Source: an uncultured delta proteobacterium (GTDB lineage Bacteria; Desulfobacterota; Binatia; UBA9968). Taken from it: DNA of 64,000 nucleotides. The DNA is taken from NCBI GenBank assembly GCA_963760795.1, contig CAVXEP010000033.1:1-64000 (forward strand). The letters run 5' to 3'. Positions 10,023-20,126 of the stretch are shown here, one piece after another (the stretch's first letter is position 1; each line of letters begins with the position of its first letter). The notes beneath the pieces are model-generated. The model was not told where the DNA came from. It made no database searches and worked only from the letters and a program-made list of their open reading frames with translations. Both the position numbers and the translations under genes were made by a program.

Positions 10023-10302
10023 GTGACGGAGTTTTTCGACGAAACAGTTCTTTCTTGGCGTTTTTCGAAGCGCGCCGGTTCAATTTTGTCAATCGACTGC
10101 TATTCCCTGCTTTCTTTGTGAAGCTATTCGCAGACAGTTATCGCTTAATCGTCGTTTTAGATGTTGATTTCTTGACAGAGGGGTTTCGTTAGCCGTAATT
10201 TTTTGCCAGATGCGACGATTTCCGAAGGTTTTTGACCGAGGCCTACGTCAACGAGTGCTCCATGGCAATTTTACTAGAAATTCTAGGCGTTTATTGGGTC
10301 TC

Positions 10303-10318
10303 TGGCACTTCGCTTGCT
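10303..10318 (+). promoter_or_regulatory. sigma-54 (-24/-12) promoter upstream of the bactofilin
   Basis: TGGCAC-TTCGC-TTGCT matches the TGGCAC-N5-TTGCW consensus. Confidence 0.75.
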
Positions 10319-10389
10319 CCAATAACTATCCGTTTGTCGATAATACCCGCGTTTCCATCCGAAAATTGTTTCCTTGATCAGGAGGTCCC

Positions 10390-10923
10390 ATGGCATTGTG
10401 GAATCAAGCTACGCCCGAGGTGAGTGCGGAAAAACCGCAGCAGGTGCCGCCACCTTTGACACCCACTCCGACCGCGACCGCGAACGCGCCGACACCGACA
10501 CCGGTGGCGCCGGCACCTAAGGAAAGCGCACCATCGGGCCGCCGCGAGTCGGTATTTGGCCCGGGTGTTACCATCGAAGGCAAGATCGAAGGCGACGCCG
10601 ACATTCGCATCGGCGGTAAGTTTAAGGGCGATATCCAAATCAAAGGCGATCTCAATATCGACAAAGGCGCCAAGGTTTCAGCCAAGGTGCAGGCCGCCAA
10701 TGTTACCATCGGCGGCGAACTGGAAGGCAACGTGGTCGCCGCCGCCCAAGTGAAATTACTGGAGACCGGCCAACTCATCGGCGACCTCAAAGCAGCCTCG
10801 CTAACGGTGGTGGCGGGGTCGCGCATGCGCGGTAATGTCGAGTTTGGCTGGAGCGCCAGCGAAGTCGCCAAGTTCGCCAACGGCCATGCGCATGATCAAG
10901 AAAAAGTCGGAGCCGCCGGATGA
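10390..10923 (+). CDS. Bactofilin (polymer-forming cytoskeletal protein) with Pro-rich N-terminus
   Basis: SVFGPGVTIEGKIEGDADIRIGGKFKGDI...GDLKAASLTVVAGSRMRG beta-helix repeats; AGGAGG RBS. Confidence 0.9.
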   Translation: MALWNQATPEVSAEKPQQVPPPLTPTPTATANAPTPTPVAPAPKESAPSGRRESVFGPGVTIEGKIEGDADIRIGGKFKGDIQIKGDLNIDKGAKVSAKVQAANVTIGGELEGNVVAAAQVKLLETGQLIGDLKAASLTVVAGSRMRGNVEFGWSASEVAKFANGHAHDQEKVGAAG

Positions 10924-11255
10924 AAGTGGGGCAGGCGACGGCCGGCGAATCGCGCAGCTGTCCCCACTGCCGAGCGACGATCCTTAAAAGCGCGGCGACC
11001 TGCCCGATGTGTCGCCATAACTTGCGCTTCGTCTCAATCGGAGCCGAGCCACGGACCAAGCCAACCAGCTGTCCGCTGTGGGTCGAAGGGACTCTGCAAA
11101 ATCCCAGCGAAAGCGAAACGCTTGAATATTATCTCCTGATGGAAGTGCGCGACGAGGCCGGTAAGGTGATCTCGCGGCAAAGCGTCGGCGTCGGCGCGAT
11201 CCCGCAGGCGGCGAAAAGAATCTTCTCTTTGCGCATCGAGACCACGCCGGCCTAA
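10920..11255 (+). CDS. Zinc-ribbon plus beta-rich hypothetical protein, translationally coupled to the bactofilin
   Basis: CPHC-x10-CPMC; ATGA overlap with the bactofilin stop. Confidence 0.75.
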   Translation: MKVGQATAGESRSCPHCRATILKSAATCPMCRHNLRFVSIGAEPRTKPTSCPLWVEGTLQNPSESETLEYYLLMEVRDEAGKVISRQSVGVGAIPQAAKRIFSLRIETTPA

Positions 11256-11282
11256 GCGCAACTTTTATCCTGACTAGACCAC

Positions 11283-11333
11283 GGGCCCCAGACGTACGCT
11301 GTCAAGCGCGAGCGTCTCGGGCCCATTTTTTTT
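11283..11333 (+). terminator. Intrinsic terminator
   Basis: GGGCCC.AGACG...CGTCT.GGGCCC stem followed by T8, between convergent genes. Confidence 0.75.
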
Positions 11334-11343
11334 AAGCAGCTAA

Positions 11344-12447
11344 CTAGCGCAGATTCGCCAACAACGGTTTTAGCGCTTCGGCTACGCCGTTAGCGATACG
11401 GTGCATGCCGGCGTCATTGGGGTGGACGCGATCGGTGACCAGCAGGAAGAGCGGATCGTTGACCATCGTCAGGCCGTCTGACAAATGCAAGTTCGCATCG
11501 CTGTTCTGCCGCTGGCGTATGACGCGGGTGATGCCTTCACGGTAAAGCTCGGGACGCTCGCCGTTGCGATTGCCGCCTCGATCTAGATCCGCCCGGTTCA
11601 GGATCGGCGTGACGCAGAGTATCGGTTTGGTCGGCGCGGCGCCTCTGATGGTCGATAAAAATGCGTCATACTTGGCCGTGTATTGCGCCGCGGTCTCCGG
11701 TTTGCCGTTGGCGTCCGCGCCGCCGAATGAGTTAGTTCCGAGCATGATCGACAGCACATCCCAATCGTTGCGGCTGGCAATGGTCTGCGCGACGATATTA
11801 TCGGCCCAGGCGGTGCCGCCGAAGCCGAAGTTGATGCCGACGCAGTTCAACTGCTCGGCAACCTGCCAGACATAGGTTTCCCGCGGGCTGGTGACGCCAT
11901 GACCTTGAGTGATGGAGTCGCCGTGAAAAAATATCCGTGGCCGCTGGTCCGGCGCGGCGCGCTCCAAATGCGCGGCGGCGTCGACCCCGATGGCGTGCAA
12001 GATGATCTCGGAGTTGCGGTAATAGAAGGGCAGCAGCACTTGAATCTCCGCCGCGCCGGCGAGTTGCCGATCGTTGAAGATGGTTACTTCCTGACGCTCG
12101 AAATGCGTCAGCCCCGCCATGCTCGCGACATACTTGCCGTCGCGGTAAAGCGCGAAGAAATTTGGCCGCGAGCGCTCCCAGCCCGCAGCCGGTGTCGCCG
12201 GCGGCGTGTCCGGCACGTCGACGAAGGTGACGCGAAAAACTAATTTCTTCGAGTCGGTGCGAAAACGCACGGTCATGCCCGCTGACGACCGGGCACGGCG
12301 GGCGGTCTTCTTCGGCCACTGTTCGCGCCAAGCCTTGGTGACGCGCACCGGCTGCAAGCCGTCATCCTGAGGTTGTTCCCAATCGGCGACGTTGAGCCAA
12401 TCGAAACGTTGATCGCGCGGGTCGAGCCATTGCAGCGCATCGCTCAT
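11344..12447 (-). CDS. SGNH/GDSL hydrolase with N-terminal beta domain
   Basis: FHGDSITQG, NFGFGG, GTN, DRVHPND blocks. Confidence 0.85.
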   Translation of the reverse strand: MSDALQWLDPRDQRFDWLNVADWEQPQDDGLQPVRVTKAWREQWPKKTARRARSSAGMTVRFRTDSKKLVFRVTFVDVPDTPPATPAAGWERSRPNFFALYRDGKYVASMAGLTHFERQEVTIFNDRQLAGAAEIQVLLPFYYRNSEIILHAIGVDAAAHLERAAPDQRPRIFFHGDSITQGHGVTSPRETYVWQVAEQLNCVGINFGFGGTAWADNIVAQTIASRNDWDVLSIMLGTNSFGGADANGKPETAAQYTAKYDAFLSTIRGAAPTKPILCVTPILNRADLDRGGNRNGERPELYREGITRVIRQRQNSDANLHLSDGLTMVNDPLFLLVTDRVHPNDAGMHRIANGVAEALKPLLANLR

Positions 12448-12473
12448 TGCTAATTTCCCCCTCGTACGTGCTG

Positions 12474-13518
12474 CTAAACTCCCAGCGCCGGCATGACCTT
12501 GGTGCCGAACAGTTCAAGCGAATGCATCACCTGTTCATGTTTCAGGCCGCCGAACTGGAACATGCCGACCAGGCTGTCAGGCTTGGCTATGCGCAATCAT
12601 GGCGCGGGCTTTTTTCACGACAGTATCGGGGCTGCCGATCAGCGACGTGCCCCATTCGTCCAAGCGCTTGATCGTCAAACCGCCGGGGTAGTAGGCGTAG
12701 CGTTCGGTGAAGCGGGTCAGATCGGCTTCCGCAACCGTCTCGCCGCGCCAATAGTTATCGGTGGCTAATTGCCAGAAGCGCATGATTTCCGGAACGGCTT
12801 CGCGCCAGGCCTGCTCGTCGGTGTCGGCGACGTAGATATCGCGCACCATGATGGCGTCGCCTTGGCCATTGACATGGCCAAGATTGGCGAGCTCGGCGCG
12901 GTATTTCTCGATGGCTTTGGCGCAGTTCGCCAGCGGCTGGCGCGACAGCGCGAGATTCCAACCGCGCCGGGCTACCATCGCCGGGCTATCGGGCGATGTC
13001 GCGCCATAGTAAATCGGCGGGTGCGGTTTTTGCAGCGGCTGAGGCCGGCAAGAAATTTCTTCGTAACCCCATGCTTTGCCCGTGTAGCTGAATGTCTCGC
13101 CGGTCCAGGCGCGCAGGAGGATCTCGATGCCTTCCTCAAAGCGCGCCTGGGCGGTTTCGCGGTCGAGGCGATGTTTCATGTCGTCCTTGGGCACGCCGCG
13201 GCCGAGGCCGATGTTCAGCCGTCCGCCGGTGAGGATATCCAACATGGCGCACTCCTCGGCCAGCCGCATGGGATCGTAGAGCGGCAACACGTTGACTAAA
13301 TTGCCGAAGCGCAGCCGCTCGGTGCGGCGCGCCAAAGCGGCGATCATCAAATTGGGCGAGGCGAGCATGCCATAGTCTGAATGATGATGCTCGGCGAACC
13401 AGGCGTCATTGAAGTTGAGTTTTTCGGTGAGCTCGATCTGGTCGAGGAGTTCCTCGAAAGCCTGTTTCTCGGATGCCCAAGGCCGGCGCTGATTGTAACT
13501 AAAGGTGCCGAATCGCAT
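12474..13518 (-). CDS. LLM-class flavin-dependent (luciferase-like) monooxygenase (frameshift near 12590)
   Basis: WFAEHHHS, PMRLAEECAMLDILTGGRLNIGLGRG, PLQKPHPP; C-terminus continues in another frame (MFQFGGLKHEQVMHSLELFGTKVMPALGV*). Confidence 0.85.
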
Positions 13519-13601
13519 CTGGTTGCCTCGTTAAAAGTTAGTTTCTGATCGAACCTAGCGGATGACTCGCCGCGCTGTCAATGCGTCCGGCAGCAGCCAA
13601 A

Positions 13602-14576
13602 CTATTTCCCGGCGCCGAGTTCCTTCACCACCCGGTTGAGCGGGCCGAAGTCGGCGACTTGACTGAGCGCAACCTCCGTCTTCACCCCGAGCAGCTCGCG
13701 CTGCTCGTTGATCAGATCCTGGACGACCGCGTCGCCGATGCGGCCGTCGAGGCTCATGGCCTGCAAATAAAAATCCAAGGTGCCGGCCAGCGTGTTACGC
13801 TCCAATCCGGGGAATTCTTTCATGAGAACCGGCAGCGCTTCCTGCTTGTGCTCGCGGGTGTAGATCATGCTGCGGATGCTGGCGCGCAGCATGCGCTGGA
13901 CTTGGTCGGGGCGCTCCTTCAGCTTTCTCACGCTGGTGCTGAGGCCGTTGGACGGCGTGTCGCCGAGGATATCGCCCAACCAGACTAGATTGCGCATGCC
14001 TTTGTGCTCCGCCATCACCGTGTAGGGCGGCGTCAAGATCGCCGCTTCGATGGCGCCGGAGAGCAGTGCCTGAAAGCGCACACTGGTATCGCCCATGGCG
14101 ATCAAGGTGACGTCGCGCAAGGCTTCGAGCCCCGCCGGCTTGAGCGCTTCGCGCGCCGCTTTGTCGGTGGAGCTGGCGAAACCGGAGATCGCGATGCGCT
14201 TGCCCTTCAAGTCTTGCACCCGCTTGATATCCGGTTGCGCGTACAGGAAAAAACTCTGCTTGGTGATCAATGTCGCGATGATCTTGAGTGGCAATCCGGA
14301 CACCGCCGAGCGAATCGTCGAACCGTAGATCGTCGTGTAGTCGAGCTCGCCCGAGAGCAGCGCCGGGATGATAATACCGCTGCGCATGACAATGAACTGG
14401 GGCTCCAATCCTTCGCTCCGGTAGATGCCGCTCTTGATGCCGACGAAGAACGGCGCGAAGTCGACCAGCTTGCCGGGGATGCCGATGCGAATGGTTTCCA
14501 CCGTTGGCTGGGCGGCGTGGCCAGGCAGTGTGGCTGCGACTATGAGTAGAATGAGTAGAACGACGCGTCCGATCAT
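13602..14576 (-). CDS. NMT1/TauA-like substrate-binding protein
   Basis: Signal peptide, ALLSGELDY, DLKGKRIAIS. Confidence 0.85.
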   Translation of the reverse strand: MIGRVVLLILLIVAATLPGHAAQPTVETIRIGIPGKLVDFAPFFVGIKSGIYRSEGLEPQFIVMRSGIIIPALLSGELDYTTIYGSTIRSAVSGLPLKIIATLITKQSFFLYAQPDIKRVQDLKGKRIAISGFASSTDKAAREALKPAGLEALRDVTLIAMGDTSVRFQALLSGAIEAAILTPPYTVMAEHKGMRNLVWLGDILGDTPSNGLSTSVRKLKERPDQVQRMLRASIRSMIYTREHKQEALPVLMKEFPGLERNTLAGTLDFYLQAMSLDGRIGDAVVQDLINEQRELLGVKTEVALSQVADFGPLNRVVKELGAGK

Positions 14577-14686
14577 GGCGGCGATACTATCAACATTTGT
14601 CCGCCGATGCGAAGAATTCCATTTGACGGCGCGGTTTTGTTTCGGCTAGGTTTCAGACTTCAAATTAGTGATTGGAGGAATTCAAT

Positions 14687-15310
14687 ATGACTGCTGTGAA
14701 CAAGATCGATGTGCCGGCCGCGCATTGGGATAAACTGTTTGCGCCGAGCGCGTGCCTGGTGATGATTACCACGGTTGACGACGCCGGCCGGGTCAACGCC
14801 GCGTCGTATGGCACCTGTGTCAGGGTATGCCATGATCCGGTCTACATCGCGTTCACTACCGGCGCGACCAAAGATACTTACAATAATATTTTGGCCAATG
14901 GCGAATTTGTCGTGAACGTCCCGTCTTATGAGCGCGAGATTTTGGAAAAGGTGCGAGTCGTCGGCCTCGAATTTCCGCCCGGAGTCAATGAGCTTGACAA
15001 GGCCGGACTCACGGCGATCCCGGCCAAAGTTGTCAAGCCGCCGCGCATCGCCGATTGCCGCAGTCACTTTGAGTGCAAAGTAGAGTGGACCAAGCCGTGG
15101 CTGCATCGATTGATGGTTGTGGGCAAAGTCGTTGCTGCATCTGTCGACGATGGTTGTGTCGACGACAAGGGCTATATTCTGTGGGACAAACTAAAGCCGG
15201 CGCATTATTGCGGCCATGAGTATAAGAACGGCTTCGTCGCGGCGTACCAGCCGATGTGGGTGGATATGATTTACAAAGAACCGATACCGCCGCGGCCGAC
15301 GGGGAAGTAA
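14687..15310 (+). CDS. Flavin reductase-like (split-barrel FMN-binding) protein
   Basis: MITTVDDAGRVNAASY, KDTYNNILANGEFVVNVP, VKPPRI..C..HFECK; GGAGG RBS. Confidence 0.85.
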   Translation: MTAVNKIDVPAAHWDKLFAPSACLVMITTVDDAGRVNAASYGTCVRVCHDPVYIAFTTGATKDTYNNILANGEFVVNVPSYEREILEKVRVVGLEFPPGVNELDKAGLTAIPAKVVKPPRIADCRSHFECKVEWTKPWLHRLMVVGKVVAASVDDGCVDDKGYILWDKLKPAHYCGHEYKNGFVAAYQPMWVDMIYKEPIPPRPTGK

Positions 15311-15314
15311 GAGT

Positions 15315-15463
15315 TTAACCACAAAGAGCACAAAGGTCACAAATATAGAAGAGACTCGGAGTCGGATTTTTAACCGCGCCCTTCGACAAAGCTCCGGGCG
15401 ATCGGGAATGCAAAGAAGCAAAAAAGATTTGGACCCGTAGGGGCGGGTTTTAAACCCGCCCTA
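15315..15463. repeat. Composite intergenic repeat: CACAAAG 9-mer arm, CCCTTCGACAA-type element and GTAG-family REP hairpin
   Basis: ttaaccacaaagagcacaaaggtcacaaa; gcccttcgacaaagctccgggcgatcggg; gtaggggcgggttttaaacccgcccta. Confidence 0.7.
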
Positions 15464-15478
15464 GTTCGGAGGTGATCT

Positions 15479-16201
15479 ATGTTTGAAAGCTGGCGGGGCG
15501 TGGTCGGCGATATCAAGCCGACACACCGCCCTGGATCGTTGGAAGAGTTTATCAAATTGCTTCCCGAGGGCATCGGCGTGATTCCTCTCACCGTCGGCAT
15601 CAGCTCGGGCACCGAGAAGGAGTTTCACGATGTCCTCGCCGACTACCAGCAGAAGGCCGCGCAGCTGGCGGAGTTGGGCGTGGACTTGATCTCCATCGGC
15701 GGCGCGCCGCCGATGATGGTGCATGGATACAAGGGCGAAGAAAAGATCGTGACAGATCTCGAAGCCAAGCATGGCATCCCGGTCAACACCTCGGGGCGCT
15801 CGACGGCGGCGGCGATGACCGCGCTGGGAATCAAGAACTTCGTCGGCGTAACTTACTTCCCGGAGCGCATGAATCAAATCTTTCGCCGCTATTTCACCGA
15901 GGCGGGATTCGAAGTCGCGGCCATGGAAGGCATCGACGTGCCGTTCAAAGATGTCGGCAAGCTGTCCGGCGAAGAGATTTATAAACACACCAAGAAAGCA
16001 TTCCTCAAACACGCCGGCGCGGATGCGATCTATATGCTGGGTTCGGGCTGGCGACTGCTCAAGATCGTCCGCTTGCTCGAACAGGATCTCCAGGTGCCGG
16101 TGGTTTACGCGCTCGGCGCTAAACTTTGGGAGGTACAGAAGCGGTTTCACGTGCGTGAACCGATCAAAGGCTATGGCCGGCTATTGGAAGAGCTTCCATA
16201 G
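15479..16201 (+). CDS. Asp/Glu racemase-fold protein with no cysteine
   Basis: WRGVVGDIKPT, GVDLISIGGAPP, ADAIYMLGSGW, LEQDLQVPVV, GYGRLL. Confidence 0.8.
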   Translation: MFESWRGVVGDIKPTHRPGSLEEFIKLLPEGIGVIPLTVGISSGTEKEFHDVLADYQQKAAQLAELGVDLISIGGAPPMMVHGYKGEEKIVTDLEAKHGIPVNTSGRSTAAAMTALGIKNFVGVTYFPERMNQIFRRYFTEAGFEVAAMEGIDVPFKDVGKLSGEEIYKHTKKAFLKHAGADAIYMLGSGWRLLKIVRLLEQDLQVPVVYALGAKLWEVQKRFHVREPIKGYGRLLEELP

Positions 16202-16392
16202 CGCGTGCTGCGCTCGGAATTTCGAATCCATTTCCTGTGGTTAACTTTCGTATCCTTATCTCTACCGCTCCAACAAGCATCCTTCGTTTTAAAGTCTACG
16301 AACGGGTACGCCTACCTAATTCCTGTTGCAACACTTTTTGATTATAGCCCCAAACCGTTGCGAGGTGTTGTTGATGACAAGGAGCCGAGGCC

Positions 16393-18741
16393 ATGAGTAA
16401 TACACATACCCCGTCATGTCGATTGCAAACGCTAAGACGCTCAATCGTCACTTTATTGCTTGGTGCTTGCCTTGCGTTGGGGATGCCACCAGAGATCCAC
16501 GCGGCAGCCGCGCCTGCCGTTACTCGCGGGCCTTATTTGCAGATGGGCACGTCAAGCAGCATGGTTGTTCGATGGCGGACAAGCGCGTTAAGTGACAGCA
16601 GGGTGTGTTACGGCTCCGCTCCGGACAATCTGTTTCCGTGTGTCGACGTTGGAAACCAAACTACCGAGCACAGTGTCACCGTCTCGGGGCTCACACCTGA
16701 TACGAGATACTATTATTCCGTCGGTACAACCATAGAGACACTGGCCGGTGGTGATCCCGACCATTTCTTCTTCACCTTACCGGTCCCAGGGACATCCCAG
16801 CAAACGCGTGTCTGGGTCCTCGGTGATTCTGGAACCGCGGACACCAACGCGGAGGCGGTGCGCGACGCCTACCTCGCATTCACGGGCACGCGATACACAG
16901 ACGTTTGGCTGATGCTGGGAGATAACGCGTATCCTATCGGCACCGACGACGATTACCAGGCCGCGGTATTCGAAACGTATCCCACCGTGCTCCGGCAGAC
17001 GGTTCTCTGGCCTTCGTTCGGCAATCATGACGCATACTCGGCCAATGCTCTCACCGAAACCGGTCCTTACTTCGACATCTTTAGCCTTCCCACAAAAGCA
17101 GAAGCCGGAGGGCTCGCGTCCGGGACCGAAGCCTACTATTCATTTGACTACGGCAACATTCATTTTGTCGTGCTCGACTCGTACCAATCGAGTAAATCTC
17201 CCACCGGCCCGATGATGACCTGGCTTAAAAATGACCTAGCGAGTAACAAGCAGCCGTGGACCATCGCCTACTGGCACTACCCTCCCTACTCCAAGCGCGG
17301 CGAGGACTCAGACACGTCGAACCACGACACCGGCATGCGAAAAAACGCGCTGCCTATCCTGGAGGCGGGTGGTGTGGACTTGGTGCTCGCAGGGCACAGT
17401 CATGCGTACGAACGCTCTTTTCTCATGAATGGGCATTACGGCACATCCGACACCTTCACCGAGAGCATGAAGAAGGACGGTGGTGATGGGCGGGTCGATG
17501 GCACCGGGGAGTATCAAAAATCCACGCTCGAACCCAACCCAAACGAGGGAACTGTTTACGTGGTGGCGGGAAGTTCCGGCCAAGTTGGCCACCGTTCTCT
17601 GAACCATCCTGCGATGTTCATCTCGCTCAACGTCTTGGGCTCGATGGTACTGGACGTGAACGGGAGCCGCTTAGACGCTATGTTCCTCGACAGTACCGGA
17701 GTCATAAGGGACTACTTTAGCATCGTGAAGAATGGTGCAGAGGCTTTGCCGACACTGACCATCTCGAGTCCCGATGCGACAGCAACAGAGGCAGGGCCTA
17801 CCACGGGCTCTTTTTTGCTAACGCGTACGGGCAGCACGGCGGCGGCCTTGGCTGTGAATTACACGATCGGCGGCACGGCGACCAAAGGTAGCGACTACCA
17901 GTCACTGCCCCAGAGCGTTACGATTCCATCGGGTTCGAGTACGGTTACCATCATCGTGACACCCATTGATGATTCTATTGGAGAAGGGAATGAAACCGTG
18001 GTGGCAACCCTCGCTGCCGATGCAGCCTACACGATCGGCGCACCCAGTAGTGCTATTGTTACTATTACTGACAACGACCCGACCAACCAGCCACCGAGCG
18101 TAAGTAGTGGTCCCGACCAGACCATCGCATTTCCGGCTGGCACTTCCCTTGACGGGACGGTTAGTGATGACGGCCTTCCAAGTCCGCCGGGCGCGGTGAC
18201 GATCACGTGGAGCAAGATGAGCGGCCCTGGCAGCGTAATGTTTGGCGCCGCGTCCTCCATTGATACCACGGTGAGCTTTACGCAAAGCGGCGCCTATGTC
18301 CTGCGACTGACAGCAAACGACGGGGCGTTTTCCTCCAGCGACGATATAAAAATCACGGTCAATCCCGCGACCAATCCAGACCTGATCATTGCCTCGCTTT
18401 CAATCGCGGCCAAGAAAATAAAGGCGGGCGCAACTACCTCGGTATCAGATACTGTCAAGAACGTTGGGACAGGGTCGGCAGGGACATCGACTATCGGTTT
18501 CTATCTCTCTACTAATAAAGTCTTTGACGCCGCAGATGTTTCTCTGGGCATCAGGGTCGTTCCCTCACTGGCTGCAGCTGAAAAAAACTCAGGTGCTACC
18601 CCGATCTCGATTCCTTCCGGGACAGCGCCAGGAAATTACTATGTGATAGGCGTAGCCGATAGCGGGAGCGATGCCGGAGGCGTCGTGGTAGAAACGAGAG
18701 AAAACAACAACACCGAATTTAAGCCTATAACCGTTAACTAA
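16393..18741 (+). CDS. Secreted purple-acid-phosphatase-like metallophosphoesterase with Calx-beta, PKD/REJ-like and CARDB-like domains
   Basis: Signal peptide; GDSG, GDNAY, GNHD, YWHYPPY, GHSHAYER motifs; C-terminal Ig-like modules. Confidence 0.85.
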   Translation: MSNTHTPSCRLQTLRRSIVTLLLGACLALGMPPEIHAAAAPAVTRGPYLQMGTSSSMVVRWRTSALSDSRVCYGSAPDNLFPCVDVGNQTTEHSVTVSGLTPDTRYYYSVGTTIETLAGGDPDHFFFTLPVPGTSQQTRVWVLGDSGTADTNAEAVRDAYLAFTGTRYTDVWLMLGDNAYPIGTDDDYQAAVFETYPTVLRQTVLWPSFGNHDAYSANALTETGPYFDIFSLPTKAEAGGLASGTEAYYSFDYGNIHFVVLDSYQSSKSPTGPMMTWLKNDLASNKQPWTIAYWHYPPYSKRGEDSDTSNHDTGMRKNALPILEAGGVDLVLAGHSHAYERSFLMNGHYGTSDTFTESMKKDGGDGRVDGTGEYQKSTLEPNPNEGTVYVVAGSSGQVGHRSLNHPAMFISLNVLGSMVLDVNGSRLDAMFLDSTGVIRDYFSIVKNGAEALPTLTISSPDATATEAGPTTGSFLLTRTGSTAAALAVNYTIGGTATKGSDYQSLPQSVTIPSGSSTVTIIVTPIDDSIGEGNETVVATLAADAAYTIGAPSSAIVTITDNDPTNQPPSVSSGPDQTIAFPAGTSLDGTVSDDGLPSPPGAVTITWSKMSGPGSVMFGAASSIDTTVSFTQSGAYVLRLTANDGAFSSSDDIKITVNPATNPDLIIASLSIAAKKIKAGATTSVSDTVKNVGTGSAGTSTIGFYLSTNKVFDAADVSLGIRVVPSLAAAEKNSGATPISIPSGTAPGNYYVIGVADSGSDAGGVVVETRENNNTEFKPITVN

Positions 18742-18844
18742 AATAAGCGACCGGAAACATGCCACTGCGGAACTTTTTGATTTTCTCACGGGTGCATAAG
18801 GACGATTTGGAATTTGCGATCTGTAATTTGTAATTTCCGCTGGG

Positions 18845-19885
18845 TCAGCCGCCGCGCGCGGCGAGGCGGAAGGTTTGCTGGTGCTCGCTGATCCAGGTTT
18901 GAATCCGCTCGCTGACTTTTGGATCCGGCGGCGCCGGGTGCTTGATATTGTCGAGGGTCAATCTCGGGAAGCGCGCTTTGACGCCGGAGTGGGAACTGGT
19001 AAAGCCTTCTTCGGTAAAAAGGCTTTGCCCTTCAACTGAGGCGAGAAAGTTGTAAAACAGCCGCGCCGCCGCCGGGTGGGTCGCTTTTTCGGAAATACCC
19101 ACGGGATGAATGCTGATGACGATCGGATTGGCCTCCGCGGACCAGTCCACCGGCGCTCCTTTTGAGCGCGCGTCTTCGATGCGATGGGCGCGCGTGATGG
19201 CAACCGGAAATTCGCCGGCAACCAGTAGATTCGACGTATTGGTGTAACCTTGCTGGGTTTGCGGGTCCTGGGCGGCCAACGCTTTCATAAAATCGCGCCC
19301 GGCCTTGTCGCCCAAGTAAGTCACCATGCCGCCGTACCACTGAAAAGCCTCGACCGGCAGACCGATCTTTTTTCCTTTCCACCGGGGATCCAAGAGATCC
19401 TTCCAGTCTTTCGGCGCCTCGGCCGGTTTGACCATCCGGGTATTCCAGGCGATCGTCGCAACGGCGCCATATATACTGACCCACGTGCCATTGGGGTCGC
19501 GATGCCTGGGCGAGATCTGCGCGGCGTCCGGTGACGCATAGCGCGCCAGCGCCACATGCTTGGAGAGCTCGGAGAACTGGATATATTCCGACGTCACCAC
19601 GTCCCACAAATATTTTCCCGCCCGCGCCTCGCTCCTGATCCGTTCGACAAATGACGCGCCGCCGAGACGCAGGTATTTAACCTTGACGCCGGGAAATTTG
19701 TTTTCAAAGTTTTTAATGATTTGGCCGACGATCGCTCCGCCGGTGAGGGTGCCGTACCAGACGACCTCGCCTTCCTTTTTCGCTTGATCGATGGTTGGCA
19801 TAGCTTGTTGAGCCCCGGCCTGATGGACCGGATCAAGCGAAACCAACAGCAGCGTCACCGTCATCAGGCTGCGAAAAATCGCCAT
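18845..19885 (-). CDS. Extracellular solute-binding protein (Fe3+/thiamine-type ABC)
   Basis: AKKEGEVVWYG, PKDWKDLLDPRWKG, HPAAARLFYNFL; start MAIFRS at 19885 after AAGGAG. Confidence 0.85.
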   Translation of the reverse strand: MAIFRSLMTVTLLLVSLDPVHQAGAQQAMPTIDQAKKEGEVVWYGTLTGGAIVGQIIKNFENKFPGVKVKYLRLGGASFVERIRSEARAGKYLWDVVTSEYIQFSELSKHVALARYASPDAAQISPRHRDPNGTWVSIYGAVATIAWNTRMVKPAEAPKDWKDLLDPRWKGKKIGLPVEAFQWYGGMVTYLGDKAGRDFMKALAAQDPQTQQGYTNTSNLLVAGEFPVAITRAHRIEDARSKGAPVDWSAEANPIVISIHPVGISEKATHPAAARLFYNFLASVEGQSLFTEEGFTSSHSGVKARFPRLTLDNIKHPAPPDPKVSERIQTWISEHQQTFRLAARGG

Positions 19886-20126
19886 AAGGCACTCCTTTTT
19901 GAATGGACGGGTAGCCTGCTGCATGAGTCTGGTTATCGTCATAGCGCCAATGGGAGCCGCGATGTAAATGGCTATTTTCCAGGTTCAACCGCCGGCCGAA
20001 TAGCCAACCTCGGATTGTCATCCTGAATAATCGAGAATAACCATTGGTCACTGTTTCTTTGCGAGTTGACAGTCATTGCGCCATAGCGCTATGCAAGACG
20101 GGACGGCAAGGGTGGAGGTGATCGTC

